A DNA stretch of 58,758 nucleotides from Flavobacterium sp. (GCA_035306305.1 DATGOD010000078.1:1-58758), one strand, 5' to 3'; numbered from the stretch's first letter, positions 28,434 through 39,462 are shown. Numbers and translations: made by a program. The notes: generated from the letters alone by a model not told the origin.

Positions 28434-31400
28434 TTGTTAATTTTAATAGTAGGATTGGCTATTGCATTGGCTTTGCCAGCTGTGCAAACGTCGTTGGCTC
28501 ATTTTGCTACCGGAAAAATAAATGAAAAATTTGATATAAAAACAAACATAAGCACAGTGTCGATTGATTTGAGCGGAACAGTTCGCTTGGGCAATGTTTG
28601 GATTAAAGACGACCGCGACAGTATATTGATAAAAATAGATGATTTACAAACCAATATATTGGATGTAAATTCATTGGTCGGTGGTCAGCTTTTTTTTGGA
28701 AATACCAGCATACATAATCTTGATTTTCATATTGCTACCTATCAAAATGATTCGGTGAGTAATTTGGATAAATTTATAGCTGTATTTGATAACGGTTCAG
28801 AAGGAGAAGGCAATTTTTTGATGCACATCAATCAAATCAATGTGAGTAACGGAAATTTTAGTGTAAAAGATTACAATAAACCTAATCCCGAATCGGTTGA
28901 TTTTACGGGAATTAATGGCGAAGTAGAAGGTTTACATATTAAAGGTTCTCACATTCAGGCAAAAGTAAAAGGATTGGATTTGGTTGGATTTGGTGGATTA
29001 TCCCTTGAAAATTCAGCTACCGATTTTGCTATGGATAAAACCTATATGAAGTTTCATAATCTGTTGCTCAAAACTAATGCAACGACATTAAAAGGGCGAT
29101 TAGATATGACTTATCGAGAAGGTGGATTAACAAATTTTACCGAAGATGTTAACCTTTTGTTGGAGGTCGAGCCGAGTAAATTATCAACCAACGATATTAA
29201 ATATTTTTATGACGGAATTGGAGCAAATCAAACGCTCTATTTACAAACGATTGCCAAAGGAACACTCAACGATTTTGTGTTAGCCAATACCATTTTCAGT
29301 GATCAAGCCGGTGCACAAGTTATCGGTCAGTTTAAGTTTAATAAATTGCTGAAAGGAAATGATAATCTGAAAGTTACAACAAATTTAGACAGGTTGTTTA
29401 TCAGCCGAGATAGAGCGGTAGCTTTGCTTCCAGATGCTTTAGGAAGTGCTTTGCCTGAAGAGTTAAGCAAGGTCGGATGGTTGAATTTGACTGGGAGTTT
29501 GACGTATTCTAATTTTAGCCTAAATGCAGATATCAACGCTCTGTCGCAAATCGGATATGCAGAAACGAATATTGAACTAGCGAAAATTAATCAAAAAGAT
29601 CAAGCAACTTATCGCGGTAATATTATTTTAGATGATTTTGACTTAGGACAAATATCAGGACAAGAACAATTAGGCAAAACAACTATTGATTTATTTGTGG
29701 ACGGAAAAAGCTTTGACCCTCAAAAATTACAAACAATCGTAACGGGACAGATTTTTGCCTTGACATTTAACGGATATACTTACCAAAATATTTTGGTGGA
29801 CGGAAATCTAAAAATGCCTAAATATCAGGGATATTTGAGTAGTAAAGATCCAAATGCACAGCTCAATTTTGACGGAGAAATAGATTTTACTTCCAAGCCA
29901 AATGAATACAATTTTGTGGCAGATGTGTCACATCTCAACTTGGCGGCTTTAGGTTTTGTCAAAGACAGTATCAGTAATTTTAAAGGACAATTAGAAGTCA
30001 ATGCAAAAGGAACAAATATTGATGATTTTGAAGGAAAAGCTTTGTTGAAAAATGCAGTTTTTACCAATTCAAACGATACTTATCAGTTTGCTAATTTTGA
30101 AGTAGAATCTCAATTTATGGATAATGATTCTAGGCTGATTTCTTTTCATTCAGAGGATATTGCGGATGGTTATATAAATGGAAAGTTTAAGGTTAATCAA
30201 TTGCCAAGTATAGTCGAAAATGCCTTAGGAAGTTTATATACAAATTATTCGCCGATAGAGTTAGAAGACAATCAATACGTGGATTTTAAATTTGTCATCA
30301 ACGATAAAATTGTCAATCTTTTTGCACCGCAAATCCAAATCAGTGAGGAAACGCAAATCGAAGGAAAAATTAATGCCGACGAAGGAGATTTCAAACTCAA
30401 TTTTACCACGCCTTTTGTTAATGTTTCTGGCAATAGATTGGCAAATATAGATTTACAAGTCGATAACCAAAATCCGCTTTATAATGCTTATATCGCTATA
30501 GATTCTGTCAGTTTAAAAGGATATGATATTACCGATTTTAACTTTATCAACGTTACACAAAATGATACTTTATTCGCTCGTACAGAGTTTGTTGGTGGCG
30601 CAGAAAAAGAAGATTTTTACAACCTCAATTTGTATTATACCATTGATGAAGAAAACCGTTCAATCGTCGGATTTAATAAGTCTGAAGTGAATTTTAAACA
30701 ATTCATGTGGTATATCAATGAAGAAGAAAATGACCAAAACAAAGTTGTATTTAACAAAGAAATTACCGATTTTGATATACAAAATTTAACCCTCTCACAT
30801 GAAGGACAAACCGTAGTACTTGACGGAGGCATGAAAGGAAAAGACTATAAAGATTTGTTATTGACGCTTAATCAGGTTGATTTAAATAAAATTACCCCGT
30901 CCATTGACGGATTGACGTTTAAAGGATTGATGAACGGAGAAGCCAGATTGTTCCAAGAAAACGACGTTTTTGACCCGAGTACAGATATAAATATTTCCGG
31001 TTTGGTAATAAACGAAGTGGATTTAGGACAATTTAATCTGTCTGTGCAGGGCAACGAAACACTTCGACACTTCGACATACAATCATCTATCATCAACGAA
31101 GGCAAAAAAATGTTTTATATCGATGGCGGTTTGAGATTTTTCCGCAATAATAGTCGATTAAACGCTGAAGTCGGTTTTGACAAATTCGACATGAAAGTGA
31201 TTGCTCCATTTTTGCAATCTATTTTTTCAGATTTAAGAGGAAATGCAACCGGCGTTTTACAAGTGAGAGGTAGTCACAAAGCACCAAAAGTTGATGGAAC
31301 ACTTTATATGAATGACGCCGGAATGAAACCTGTTTTTACCGGTGTTGATTATGCTTTTGCACCAGAAACCGAATTGCAGGTTACAGAAAAAAGTTTTACG

Positions 31401-32909
31401 CTCAATCAACAAAAAATGATTGATACCAAAAACAAAACCGAAGGAACGATAAATGGAAGCATAACGCATCACAATTTCCAAAATTGGGCATTGGATTTAT
31501 CTATAAATTCAGACAATTTAATGGTTTTGGATTTAGAACATGAAGAAGAGGTGCCTTATTACGGAACCGCATTTATTCAAGGTGGAGCCACACTCAAAGG
31601 GCCTGCAGAATCTATGAATATTGCTGTCCAAGCAAGATCAAAACCTGGAACGAAAATCAAAATCCCTTTGGATGAAACAGGCGGAATTGGCGATAATAAT
31701 TTTATCCATTTTATTTCTGAAGAAGAAAAAAAACAACGTGAACAAGGTATTTTTGAACCGATAGAAAATGTACAAACTGGCGGAATCCAACTCGATTTTG
31801 ATTTGGGCATAACACCAGATGCAGACATTGAAGTGATTATAGACCAAAAAACCGGACACGGAATGAAAGGTAAAGGTGCAGGGTACATCAAGATGGCAAT
31901 CAATACATTAGGAAGATTTAATATGTGGGGGAATTTTGAAGTTAACGAAGGCGAATATAACTTTAGAACCAATGCAGCAGTAATTCCTATTGATAAAAAA
32001 TTAAGTGTAAAAAAAGGAGGAACAATCATTTGGGACGGCGATCCGATGAATGCTAATCTCAACCTAGAAGCCATTTATCACACACAAGCCAATCCAGGAT
32101 TGATTGTAGAAAGTTCTATGGTGAATAAAAAAATTGATACGGATGTATCTGTAGTTGTAACTGGAAATCTAAGTAATCCGGAAATTAATTTCTTGATTGA
32201 TTTTCCAAATGTGAGCTCTACCATTAAATCCGAAATTGAATACGCTTTAGCCGACAATGATTTGAGAAGAACACAAGCCTTAGCCTTGTTAGGAACAGGA
32301 AACTTTATTAGTCCAAAAAATGCTAGCACTGCCGCATACGGAAGTTTGTTTGAAAGTATGGGAAGTTTGTTTGATGGAATATTTTCTGAAGAAGGAGGTA
32401 AAGTACAAGTATCTCTCGATTATACGCAAGCAGAAAGAAATCCGTTTGCAGAAAATGAATCCGCGCGAATCAGTGCGAATATATCTACACAATTGAGTGA
32501 CAGAATTGTACTTAACGGTAAATTAGGAGTTCCTGTTGGGGGAGAGGACAACGCTATTGTTGGCGATGTAGAAATACAATTCTTACTAAATCAAGACGGC
32601 TCGCTTCGAGCACAGGTTTTCAACCGCGAAAACAATATTACTTATTTGGGCGAAGGTATCGGTTACACGCAAGGAGTCGGTTTGGCTTATGAAGTAGATT
32701 TTAATTCATTCAGAGAATTGTGGCAAAAAATATTTCTCAAAGCTGAGGAAAGAGCAAGGAGAGAACGCCAACGTTTGGAGGAAGAAGAAAAGAAAAAACA
32801 AGAACAATTACCCCAACAAAATGATACTATTGAGCAAATAGAATATTCGGAAAAACGAATAGAAAATAACCATCAAAACGCACTTTATCATACAGAAACA
32901 GACAAGTAA
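28434..32909 (+). CDS. tamB: Translocation/assembly module TamB (AsmA-like) protein
   Basis: N-terminal anchor LPAVQT, long beta-rich body, C-terminal GGTIIWDGDPMNANLNLEAIY and YTQGVGLAYEVDF. Start uncertain (see findings). Confidence 0.85.
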   Translation: MLILIVGLAIALALPAVQTSLAHFATGKINEKFDIKTNISTVSIDLSGTVRLGNVWIKDDRDSILIKIDDLQTNILDVNSLVGGQLFFGNTSIHNLDFHIATYQNDSVSNLDKFIAVFDNGSEGEGNFLMHINQINVSNGNFSVKDYNKPNPESVDFTGINGEVEGLHIKGSHIQAKVKGLDLVGFGGLSLENSATDFAMDKTYMKFHNLLLKTNATTLKGRLDMTYREGGLTNFTEDVNLLLEVEPSKLSTNDIKYFYDGIGANQTLYLQTIAKGTLNDFVLANTIFSDQAGAQVIGQFKFNKLLKGNDNLKVTTNLDRLFISRDRAVALLPDALGSALPEELSKVGWLNLTGSLTYSNFSLNADINALSQIGYAETNIELAKINQKDQATYRGNIILDDFDLGQISGQEQLGKTTIDLFVDGKSFDPQKLQTIVTGQIFALTFNGYTYQNILVDGNLKMPKYQGYLSSKDPNAQLNFDGEIDFTSKPNEYNFVADVSHLNLAALGFVKDSISNFKGQLEVNAKGTNIDDFEGKALLKNAVFTNSNDTYQFANFEVESQFMDNDSRLISFHSEDIADGYINGKFKVNQLPSIVENALGSLYTNYSPIELEDNQYVDFKFVINDKIVNLFAPQIQISEETQIEGKINADEGDFKLNFTTPFVNVSGNRLANIDLQVDNQNPLYNAYIAIDSVSLKGYDITDFNFINVTQNDTLFARTEFVGGAEKEDFYNLNLYYTIDEENRSIVGFNKSEVNFKQFMWYINEEENDQNKVVFNKEITDFDIQNLTLSHEGQTVVLDGGMKGKDYKDLLLTLNQVDLNKITPSIDGLTFKGLMNGEARLFQENDVFDPSTDINISGLVINEVDLGQFNLSVQGNETLRHFDIQSSIINEGKKMFYIDGGLRFFRNNSRLNAEVGFDKFDMKVIAPFLQSIFSDLRGNATGVLQVRGSHKAPKVDGTLYMNDAGMKPVFTGVDYAFAPETELQVTEKSFTLNQQKMIDTKNKTEGTINGSITHHNFQNWALDLSINSDNLMVLDLEHEEEVPYYGTAFIQGGATLKGPAESMNIAVQARSKPGTKIKIPLDETGGIGDNNFIHFISEEEKKQREQGIFEPIENVQTGGIQLDFDLGITPDADIEVIIDQKTGHGMKGKGAGYIKMAINTLGRFNMWGNFEVNEGEYNFRTNAAVIPIDKKLSVKKGGTIIWDGDPMNANLNLEAIYHTQANPGLIVESSMVNKKIDTDVSVVVTGNLSNPEINFLIDFPNVSSTIKSEIEYALADNDLRRTQALALLGTGNFISPKNASTAAYGSLFESMGSLFDGIFSEEGGKVQVSLDYTQAERNPFAENESARISANISTQLSDRIVLNGKLGVPVGGEDNAIVGDVEIQFLLNQDGSLRAQVFNRENNITYLGEGIGYTQGVGLAYEVDFNSFRELWQKIFLKAEERARRERQRLEEEEKKKQEQLPQQNDTIEQIEYSEKRIENNHQNALYHTETDK

Positions 32910-32913
32910 AAAC

Positions 32914-33900
32914 ATGAAAAATCACATCACCAAAATAGCAGTGCTTACCTCAGGTGGCGATGCACCAGGAATGAATGCAGCAATCAGAGCGGTTGTTCGA
33001 GCTTGTGCATTTTACGAAGTTGCATGTTTTGGCATTTATCGTGGCTTCCAAGGATTGATTGAAGGTGATATAAAAGAGCTCGGACCAAGAGATGTAAAAT
33101 ATACCATAAGCAAAGGCGGTACAATGCTTAAAACAGCAAGATCAAAAGATTTTATAGCCAAAGAAGGCAGGCAGAAAGCTTTTGAACAAATCCAAAAACA
33201 CGCCATTCAGGCTTTGATTGTTATCGGAGGAGATGGAAGTTTTACCGGAGCTTATCAGTTTTCTAAAGAATATAAAATCCCGGTGATTGGGATACCAGGA
33301 ACAATCGACAATGATATTTACGGCACTTCACACACCATCGGTTACGACACTGCACTAAACACTGTGGTCGAAGCAGTGGATAAAATCAGAGATACAGCTA
33401 CTTCACACAAAAGAATGTTTTTTGTAGAAGTAATGGGACGAGATGCCGGACACATCGCACTCAATGCTGGAATAGGAGCTGGAGCCGAAGAAATCTTAAT
33501 TCCGGAAGAAGATATAGGTTTGCCTAAATTATTAGAAAAACTTAAGCGAAGTAAAGCTTCAGGGAAATCGTCGTGTATTGTTTTGGTTTCTGAAGGCGAC
33601 AAAATCGGGAAAAACGTTTTTGAATTGAGCGAATATGTACAGGAAAATTTACCCGAATATGATGTACGTGTTTCTGTGCTCGGGCATATACAACGCGGAG
33701 GTTCGCCAACTTGTTTTGACAGAATTTTAGCCAGTAGATTAGGGGTCAAGGCAGTAGAATTATTGTTACAAAATCAAAAAGGCGTAATGGTCGGTTTACA
33801 AAATCAACATGTGGTAACCGTTCCGTTAGAAAAAGCCATCAAAGGCTCTTCTGTCATCGACGAAGAACTCATAAGAATTTCAGACATATTATCAATCTAA
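32914..33900 (+). CDS. pfkA: ATP-dependent 6-phosphofructokinase
   Basis: TSGGDAPGMN, GGDGS, PGTIDND, EVMGR and LGHIQRGG motifs. Confidence 0.97.
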   Translation: MKNHITKIAVLTSGGDAPGMNAAIRAVVRACAFYEVACFGIYRGFQGLIEGDIKELGPRDVKYTISKGGTMLKTARSKDFIAKEGRQKAFEQIQKHAIQALIVIGGDGSFTGAYQFSKEYKIPVIGIPGTIDNDIYGTSHTIGYDTALNTVVEAVDKIRDTATSHKRMFFVEVMGRDAGHIALNAGIGAGAEEILIPEEDIGLPKLLEKLKRSKASGKSSCIVLVSEGDKIGKNVFELSEYVQENLPEYDVRVSVLGHIQRGGSPTCFDRILASRLGVKAVELLLQNQKGVMVGLQNQHVVTVPLEKAIKGSSVIDEELIRISDILSI

Positions 33901-33913
33901 ATAATATATAATC

Positions 33914-34915
33914 ATGAAAAAGATAAAAATAGGCATAAACGGTTTTGGTCGAATCGGCAGATTAGCATTCAGAGAAGCTATGGACAGAACCGATATAGAA
34001 GTATTGGCAATCAACGATTTAATGGATGTGGAACAATTGGCTTATTTGTTAAAATATGATTCAGTACATGGCAGATGGGATCAAACAGTAAATATCGTAG
34101 GAAACCATTTAGAAATTAACGGAAAAACCATTCGTGTTACAGCAGAAAAAGACCCGGCAAAACTCAAATGGGACGAAGTTGGTGTAGATGCCGTTGTCGA
34201 TTGCACCGGAATATTCAAAACCAGAGAAACTGCTCACGCACATATCGATGCTGGCGGAAAAAAAGTAGTGATTTCTGCACCAACCAAAGACGTGCCAATG
34301 TATGTCATGGGTGTTAATCACACAGAAATATCAACGGATGAAAATATTATTTCCAACGCTTCGTGTACCACCAATTGCTTGGCACCGATGGTAAAAGTAC
34401 TCAACGACAATTATGGCATCAAAGAAGCATTGATGACAACTGTGCATGCCGTAACCGCTTCTCAGGCAGTCGTTGATGGAGCATCTAAAAAAGATTATAG
34501 AGGCGGAAGGGCTTCTATGCAAAATATCATTCCGGCATCAACCGGTGCAGCCGAAGCAGTAACCAAAGTGATTCCGGAGTTGGATGGAAAATTAACCGGA
34601 ATGGCATTTCGTGTGCCGGTATTGAGTGTTTCAGTAGTTGATTTAACAGTAAAATTAGAAAAATCAACAACTTATGAGCATATTATGGAAACATTCAAAC
34701 AGGCTTCAGAAAATGATTTCAAAGGAATTATAGGTTTTACCAATGATGCCGTTGTTTCGCAGGATTTTGTGTCTGATACTCGAATATCAATCATTGATGC
34801 TCAGGCAGGAATCGCTTTGAATGATACATTTTTCAAAATCATAGGTTGGTATGATAACGAATATGGTTATGCTGCCAAATTACTCGATTTGACCGTTTAT
34901 TTTTGTAACCGATAA
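33914..34915 (+). CDS. gap: Glyceraldehyde-3-phosphate dehydrogenase (type I)
   Basis: [19 protein letters not shown] and WYDNEYGY motifs. Confidence 0.97.
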   Translation: MKKIKIGINGFGRIGRLAFREAMDRTDIEVLAINDLMDVEQLAYLLKYDSVHGRWDQTVNIVGNHLEINGKTIRVTAEKDPAKLKWDEVGVDAVVDCTGIFKTRETAHAHIDAGGKKVVISAPTKDVPMYVMGVNHTEISTDENIISNASCTTNCLAPMVKVLNDNYGIKEALMTTVHAVTASQAVVDGASKKDYRGGRASMQNIIPASTGAAEAVTKVIPELDGKLTGMAFRVPVLSVSVVDLTVKLEKSTTYEHIMETFKQASENDFKGIIGFTNDAVVSQDFVSDTRISIIDAQAGIALNDTFFKIIGWYDNEYGYAAKLLDLTVYFCNR

Positions 34916-34919
34916 GCCG

Positions 34920-35771
34920 ATGAAAATAGTTGTGGATAGTGGCTCAACCAAAGCCGATTGGATAATTATAAAAACAGCTACAGAAAGCGAATTAACAACC
35001 ACCTTAGGACTCAATCCTGAGGTGCTCAGTCATCAAGATTTGGTGGCAAGAATTAATCAATCGTCTGTAATAGTAGATATAAAAAATTCGGTAGAAGAAT
35101 TGTATTTTTATGGTTCAGGTTGTGGTACACCGCGTTCGGTAGGTTATATGAAAACAGCTTTGAACGAAATTTTTCCGAATGTAAAAAAAACAGTAATCCA
35201 AGAAGATACTTACGCAGCCGTGTATGCTACAACCAATGGTAATCCTGCGATTGTTTGCATTAACGGAACGGGGTCTAACTGCTCTTTTTTTGATGGCGAA
35301 AAACTGATTCAGAAAGTCAATTCATTAGGATATATGGCTATGGATGATTGTAGCGGAAGCGATTTTGGTCGCCAATTGATTCGTGCCTATTATTTCAAAC
35401 AAATGCCGAAAGATTTGCAACTTATTTTTGAAAATCAATATGATTTGGATGCAGACACGCTCAAAAATCATTTCTATAAAAAAGAAAATCCAAATGCTTT
35501 TTTAGCAGGATTTTTACCTTTTTTGATAGAAAATCAATCACATGAATTTATGCAAAAACTCATAAGCAAAACGGTTGATTTTTTTATTGAAAATTATATC
35601 CTTCAATTTGAAGAAAGTCGAAAAATCCCGATTCATTTCGTAGGTTCGGTGGCTTTTTTACTACAAGATTTTTTTAAATCGGCATTGAAAAAGTATCAAC
35701 TCACAGCAGGAAATTTTGTACAAAAACCTATTGACGGATTAAAAGAATATCATATATGGCAAAAAAAATAA
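34920..35771 (+). CDS. BadF/BadG/BcrA/BcrD-type sugar kinase (N-acetylglucosamine kinase-like)
   Basis: DSGSTKADW, FYGSGC, GTGSN and FVGSVA motifs. Confidence 0.82.
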   Translation: MKIVVDSGSTKADWIIIKTATESELTTTLGLNPEVLSHQDLVARINQSSVIVDIKNSVEELYFYGSGCGTPRSVGYMKTALNEIFPNVKKTVIQEDTYAAVYATTNGNPAIVCINGTGSNCSFFDGEKLIQKVNSLGYMAMDDCSGSDFGRQLIRAYYFKQMPKDLQLIFENQYDLDADTLKNHFYKKENPNAFLAGFLPFLIENQSHEFMQKLISKTVDFFIENYILQFEESRKIPIHFVGSVAFLLQDFFKSALKKYQLTAGNFVQKPIDGLKEYHIWQKK

Positions 35772-36106
35772 ATAGTTTAGAAGATTTGGGCGGATTTGTG
35801 TATTCCACCAACGAAGATTTTGATTTGAATAACGAGCAAGAAACAGAAGAAACGCTATCTCCGGAAGAACAAAGGTTGGAAGCTCATCTCGACAAAAAAA
35901 ATCGGGGCGGAAAAATAGTAACCATCATCAAAGGGTTTGTCGGAAATAGTGACGATTTGAAGATGTTAGCAAAAGACTTAAAAACCTTGTGTGGTGTGGG
36001 TGGCTCAATCAAAGATGGAGAGATTATCATTCAAGGTAATTTCAGAGATAAAATAATGAATCATTTAAAAAATAAAGGATATCAAGTAAAAAGAGTAGGA
36101 GGTTAA
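35756..36106 (+). CDS. SUI1/eIF1-like translation initiation factor (YciH)
   Basis: RGGKIVTII, LKTLCGVGGS and IIQGNFR motifs. Confidence 0.9.
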   Translation: MAKKINSLEDLGGFVYSTNEDFDLNNEQETEETLSPEEQRLEAHLDKKNRGGKIVTIIKGFVGNSDDLKMLAKDLKTLCGVGGSIKDGEIIIQGNFRDKIMNHLKNKGYQVKRVGG

Positions 36107-36108
36107 AT

Positions 36109-36954
36109 ATGAAAAAAGTAAACATAATAGGCGTGCCAGAACATTTTAATTTTCCATGGAAAATGAGTATCGAATCTGGCGATTTTGCTCAAGCAGGTAT
36201 CGACCTCGAATGGACTGATGTACCTGAAGGAACCGGAAAAATGTGTCAAATGCTCAGAGACAATCAAACTGATTTGGCAATTATTTTAACCGAGGGAATT
36301 ATGAAAGATATCGCTTCGGGCAATCCGAGTGTGTTGGTACAAGAATATGTAAGTTCGCCTTTGCAATGGGGAATTTTCGTTGCAGCTGATTCAGCATATC
36401 AGACCATAGAAGATTTACGCGGAAAAAAAGTAGCAATTAGTCGCTATGGTTCCGGTTCACATTTGATGCCTTTGGTCAATGCCGGTCAGCAAGGTTGGTC
36501 GGAAAACGAAGTGAATTTTGAAGTGGTGCATACATTGGAAGGAGCAATCGAAGCTTTGCAAAACGGTACCGCAGATTATTTTATGTGGGACAGATTTATG
36601 ACGCAACCTATCGTCGATAAAAAAATATTTCGCAGAGTAGGAATTTGCCCAACGCCTTGGCAAAGTTTTGTGTTGGTCGGCAATCGTGATTTTGTGCAAA
36701 ACAACAAACCACTTGTAGAAAGTTTGTTGGAAATCATCAATACTACAACGGCCGAATTCAGAATTATTCCGAGTATCGACAGAACAATTAGTGAAGTTTT
36801 TGAACAAAAAATAGAAAATGTACAAGAATGGCTGAGTGTAACCCGATGGTCGCAACAACAAATGAGTAAAGCAAAATTTGACCAAACAATGACAGATTTA
36901 CAGCAATACAAAATCATTGACAAAGCGTTGAAATATGAAGATGTAATCGCATAA
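36109..36954 (+). CDS. SsuA/THI5-like substrate-binding-fold protein
   Basis: GVPEHFNFPW, PEGTG, LTEG and ISRYGSGSH; no signal peptide. Confidence 0.78.
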   Translation: MKKVNIIGVPEHFNFPWKMSIESGDFAQAGIDLEWTDVPEGTGKMCQMLRDNQTDLAIILTEGIMKDIASGNPSVLVQEYVSSPLQWGIFVAADSAYQTIEDLRGKKVAISRYGSGSHLMPLVNAGQQGWSENEVNFEVVHTLEGAIEALQNGTADYFMWDRFMTQPIVDKKIFRRVGICPTPWQSFVLVGNRDFVQNNKPLVESLLEIINTTTAEFRIIPSIDRTISEVFEQKIENVQEWLSVTRWSQQQMSKAKFDQTMTDLQQYKIIDKALKYEDVIA

Positions 36955-36960
36955 TGTTGC

Positions 36961-37893
36961 ATGGAACAAAAAAACAGCACAAAATGGTTTCAATCTATTC
37001 CCAAATTTAGTTTTCCTAAACCTTGGGCAAATGTGGTCATCTTTGTGCTGAACATTTTGATATTGGTTCCTGTTTTTATCATTTTACACAAAAACCTTAT
37101 CGACCCAGAATGGCCTTTTCATCTCGACAGAATTTTACTTTTTCTATTGGTCATTTTTATCATGCAACTTTTGCTCACATCATTGAAAAAGTATGTGTTG
37201 TTTGCCTTGGTTTGCTACGTGATGTTTTTGATTTGGGGCACACTTTTTCAAGGATATGGATTTAATTCTGTTTATGAAGATTATCGTTCGATGATATACG
37301 GAATGAGCGAAGACCCATATCCACAGGATATTATCATTTCAAAATTATTGCCTTTTCCGAATAAATCCAAAGTGTTGAAAGCCATAGAATTTGAAAAACC
37401 CGAAGTGAGAAATTTTGCCGTAAAAGCAACGACCGAACATTTTAGAGGTGTAAAAGGCTTTCGCGAACATCGACAATTGATACAGTGTTTTGCGGTTTTC
37501 AAGGAAATACAAAGCAAATGGAATTATGTAAACGATCCCAAAAGTCGGGAATATATTGCTACAGCTTCCGAATCTTTACAACATTTTTCGGGCGATTGTG
37601 ATGATCATGCTATTTTGATGGCAGCAGCAATCCGAGCGGTTGGCGGAACACCCAGACTCATCCACACCAAGGCTCACATGTATCCGGAAATGCTCATTGG
37701 CAGTAAAGCAGATTTGGAAACGGCGATATATCTAATCAAGGAAGTACTTTTTGTGGAAGAAAGCAAAGGCAAAGAGATCCATTATCATATTGACGAACGT
37801 GGAAATGTTTGGCTCAATCTCGATTATACTGCCAAATATCCCGGAGGGCCTTTTATGTCTGAAGAAATTTTGGGAGCTTTGACGTTGAATTGA
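36961..37893 (+). CDS. Membrane-anchored transglutaminase-like (Cys protease fold) protein
   Basis: Three N-terminal TM helices; YVNDP, GDCDDHAILMAA, H(M)YPE and LD, consistent with a Cys-His-Asp triad. Confidence 0.78.
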   Translation: MEQKNSTKWFQSIPKFSFPKPWANVVIFVLNILILVPVFIILHKNLIDPEWPFHLDRILLFLLVIFIMQLLLTSLKKYVLFALVCYVMFLIWGTLFQGYGFNSVYEDYRSMIYGMSEDPYPQDIIISKLLPFPNKSKVLKAIEFEKPEVRNFAVKATTEHFRGVKGFREHRQLIQCFAVFKEIQSKWNYVNDPKSREYIATASESLQHFSGDCDDHAILMAAAIRAVGGTPRLIHTKAHMYPEMLIGSKADLETAIYLIKEVLFVEESKGKEIHYHIDERGNVWLNLDYTAKYPGGPFMSEEILGALTLN

Positions 37894-37905
37894 TTATGCA
37901 GTAAT

Positions 37906-37940
37906 AAAAAAACCGATAAACAAAAGTCTATCGGTTTTTT
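37906..37940. terminator. Bidirectional intrinsic terminator
   Basis: AAAAAAACCGATA...TATCGGTTTTTT. Confidence 0.8.
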
Positions 37941-37957
37941 CGTCAAAAATTATTTGC

Positions 37958-38422
37958 TTAACCTAAAAATGCTTGCAACATCCAAATGTCTTTTTCTTGT
38001 TCAGTGATGAGGTCACTAATCATAGAATTGGTACCTTCATCATCAATTTCGTCGGTGGTTTGTAGTAAAACACGTTCTAGTTTTAACAACCCTTGAAGAG
38101 ATTCAATAACCAAATTCACTGCTTCTTCATCAGCCGAAATATTTTTACCAACTTTGATTTTATTCAAATCCAAATAATCAGCAAATGTATGCAGTGGCGT
38201 TCCGCCGAGCGTTAAAATTCTTTCTGCGATTTCGTCCACACGCAATTGAGCATTGTTATACAATTCTTCAAATTTCATGTGTAAATCGAAAAAACGTTTT
38301 CCGCGGATATTCCAATGTACGCCTCTCAGGTTTTGGTAATAAACTTGGAAATTTGCTAATAATTCATTGAGTAACTCAATGTTTTTTTTAGTTTCTTTGT
38401 TGGGTAATCCTAAGTGGTTCAT
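37958..38422 (-). CDS. dps: DNA starvation/stationary phase protection protein Dps
   Basis: HWNIRG, LHMKFEELY and DEIAERI motifs; ATG 38422 preferred. Confidence 0.94.
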   Translation of the reverse strand: MNHLGLPNKETKKNIELLNELLANFQVYYQNLRGVHWNIRGKRFFDLHMKFEELYNNAQLRVDEIAERILTLGGTPLHTFADYLDLNKIKVGKNISADEEAVNLVIESLQGLLKLERVLLQTTDEIDDEGTNSMISDLITEQEKDIWMLQAFLG

Positions 38423-38523
38423 AATATTTTTTGTTTTAAAATTATAGTATAAAATTACGGAATTTTTGTCCGATATTTGTGAATGAATCATTAAATTATA
38501 TGATAACACCATAAAGAATAATT

Positions 38524-39462
38524 ATGACTATTACCCAATTAGAATATGTGATTGCCGTTGCTAAACATCAAAACTTTACTTTGGCAGCAGAGAAATGCCA
38601 TGTTACTCAACCCACATTGAGTATGCAAATTCAAAAACTGGAGGATGAGTTGGGAGTGAAAATTTTCGACCGAAGCAAAAAAAGCGTGTTACTCACCGAA
38701 GTGGGAGCGGAAATCGTTAATCAGGCGAAAAATGTTTTGGGCGAATCAGAACGGATTTATGACATCATCGATCAGCAAAAAGGTTTTGTCGGCGGAACGT
38801 TCAAACTTGGTGTAATTCCTACAATTACCCCAACTTTGGTCCCGATGTTTCTCACAGCTTTCAATAAAAAATATCCCAAAGTTTTATTGTCTATCGAAGA
38901 ATATCCAACCGAAGAATTGATTTATAGATTGAAAAACCGATTGCTCGATGCGGCAATTGCGGCTACGCCTTTGGAAGAAAAAAACATTGAAGAAAAACCT
39001 TTGTATTATGAACCTTTTGTCGGATATTTTCCACCGTCATTTGCTTTGAAAGAATCTTTTGTTACTCCTGACGATTTGGATGTCAGTCATTTGTTGTTGT
39101 TGGAAGATGGGCATTGTTTCAGAAATGGCGTGTTGAATTTATGTAAAGCCTCAAAACTACAAACCGAGAATAAATTTGAAATCAAAACCGGAAATTTCGA
39201 AACCATCATCAAATTAGCCAATGAAGGCTTGGGAATCACTTTGTTACCTTATTTACATACTTTGGATTTAAAACCTGCAGACCAGAAAAATCTGGTTTCA
39301 TTCAAAGATCCAAAGCCCTCTCGAGAAGTTAGTTTGATTTACGAAAAATCTGGCTTGAAAGGGCATATTATCGAAGCTTTACACGAAACCATTAAATCGG
39401 TAGTGCGAGGAGCGATTGCTTTTTATGATGTGGAAATTATCAGTCCGAGGTTAAACAGATAG
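38524..39462 (+). CDS. oxyR: Hydrogen peroxide-sensing LysR regulator
   Basis: LysR HTH (VTQPTLSMQI); LLEDGHCFRNGVLNLC with both redox cysteines; divergent from dps. Confidence 0.92.
   Translation: MTITQLEYVIAVAKHQNFTLAAEKCHVTQPTLSMQIQKLEDELGVKIFDRSKKSVLLTEVGAEIVNQAKNVLGESERIYDIIDQQKGFVGGTFKLGVIPTITPTLVPMFLTAFNKKYPKVLLSIEEYPTEELIYRLKNRLLDAAIAATPLEEKNIEEKPLYYEPFVGYFPPSFALKESFVTPDDLDVSHLLLLEDGHCFRNGVLNLCKASKLQTENKFEIKTGNFETIIKLANEGLGITLLPYLHTLDLKPADQKNLVSFKDPKPSREVSLIYEKSGLKGHIIEALHETIKSVVRGAIAFYDVEIISPRLNR

Noticed and set aside
38423-38512. 30-aa N-terminal extension of Dps given in the ORF track
   Set aside because: Covers the dps/oxyR divergent promoter region; ATG 38422 gives a normal-length Dps. 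I could not identify a clear OxyR box by eye.
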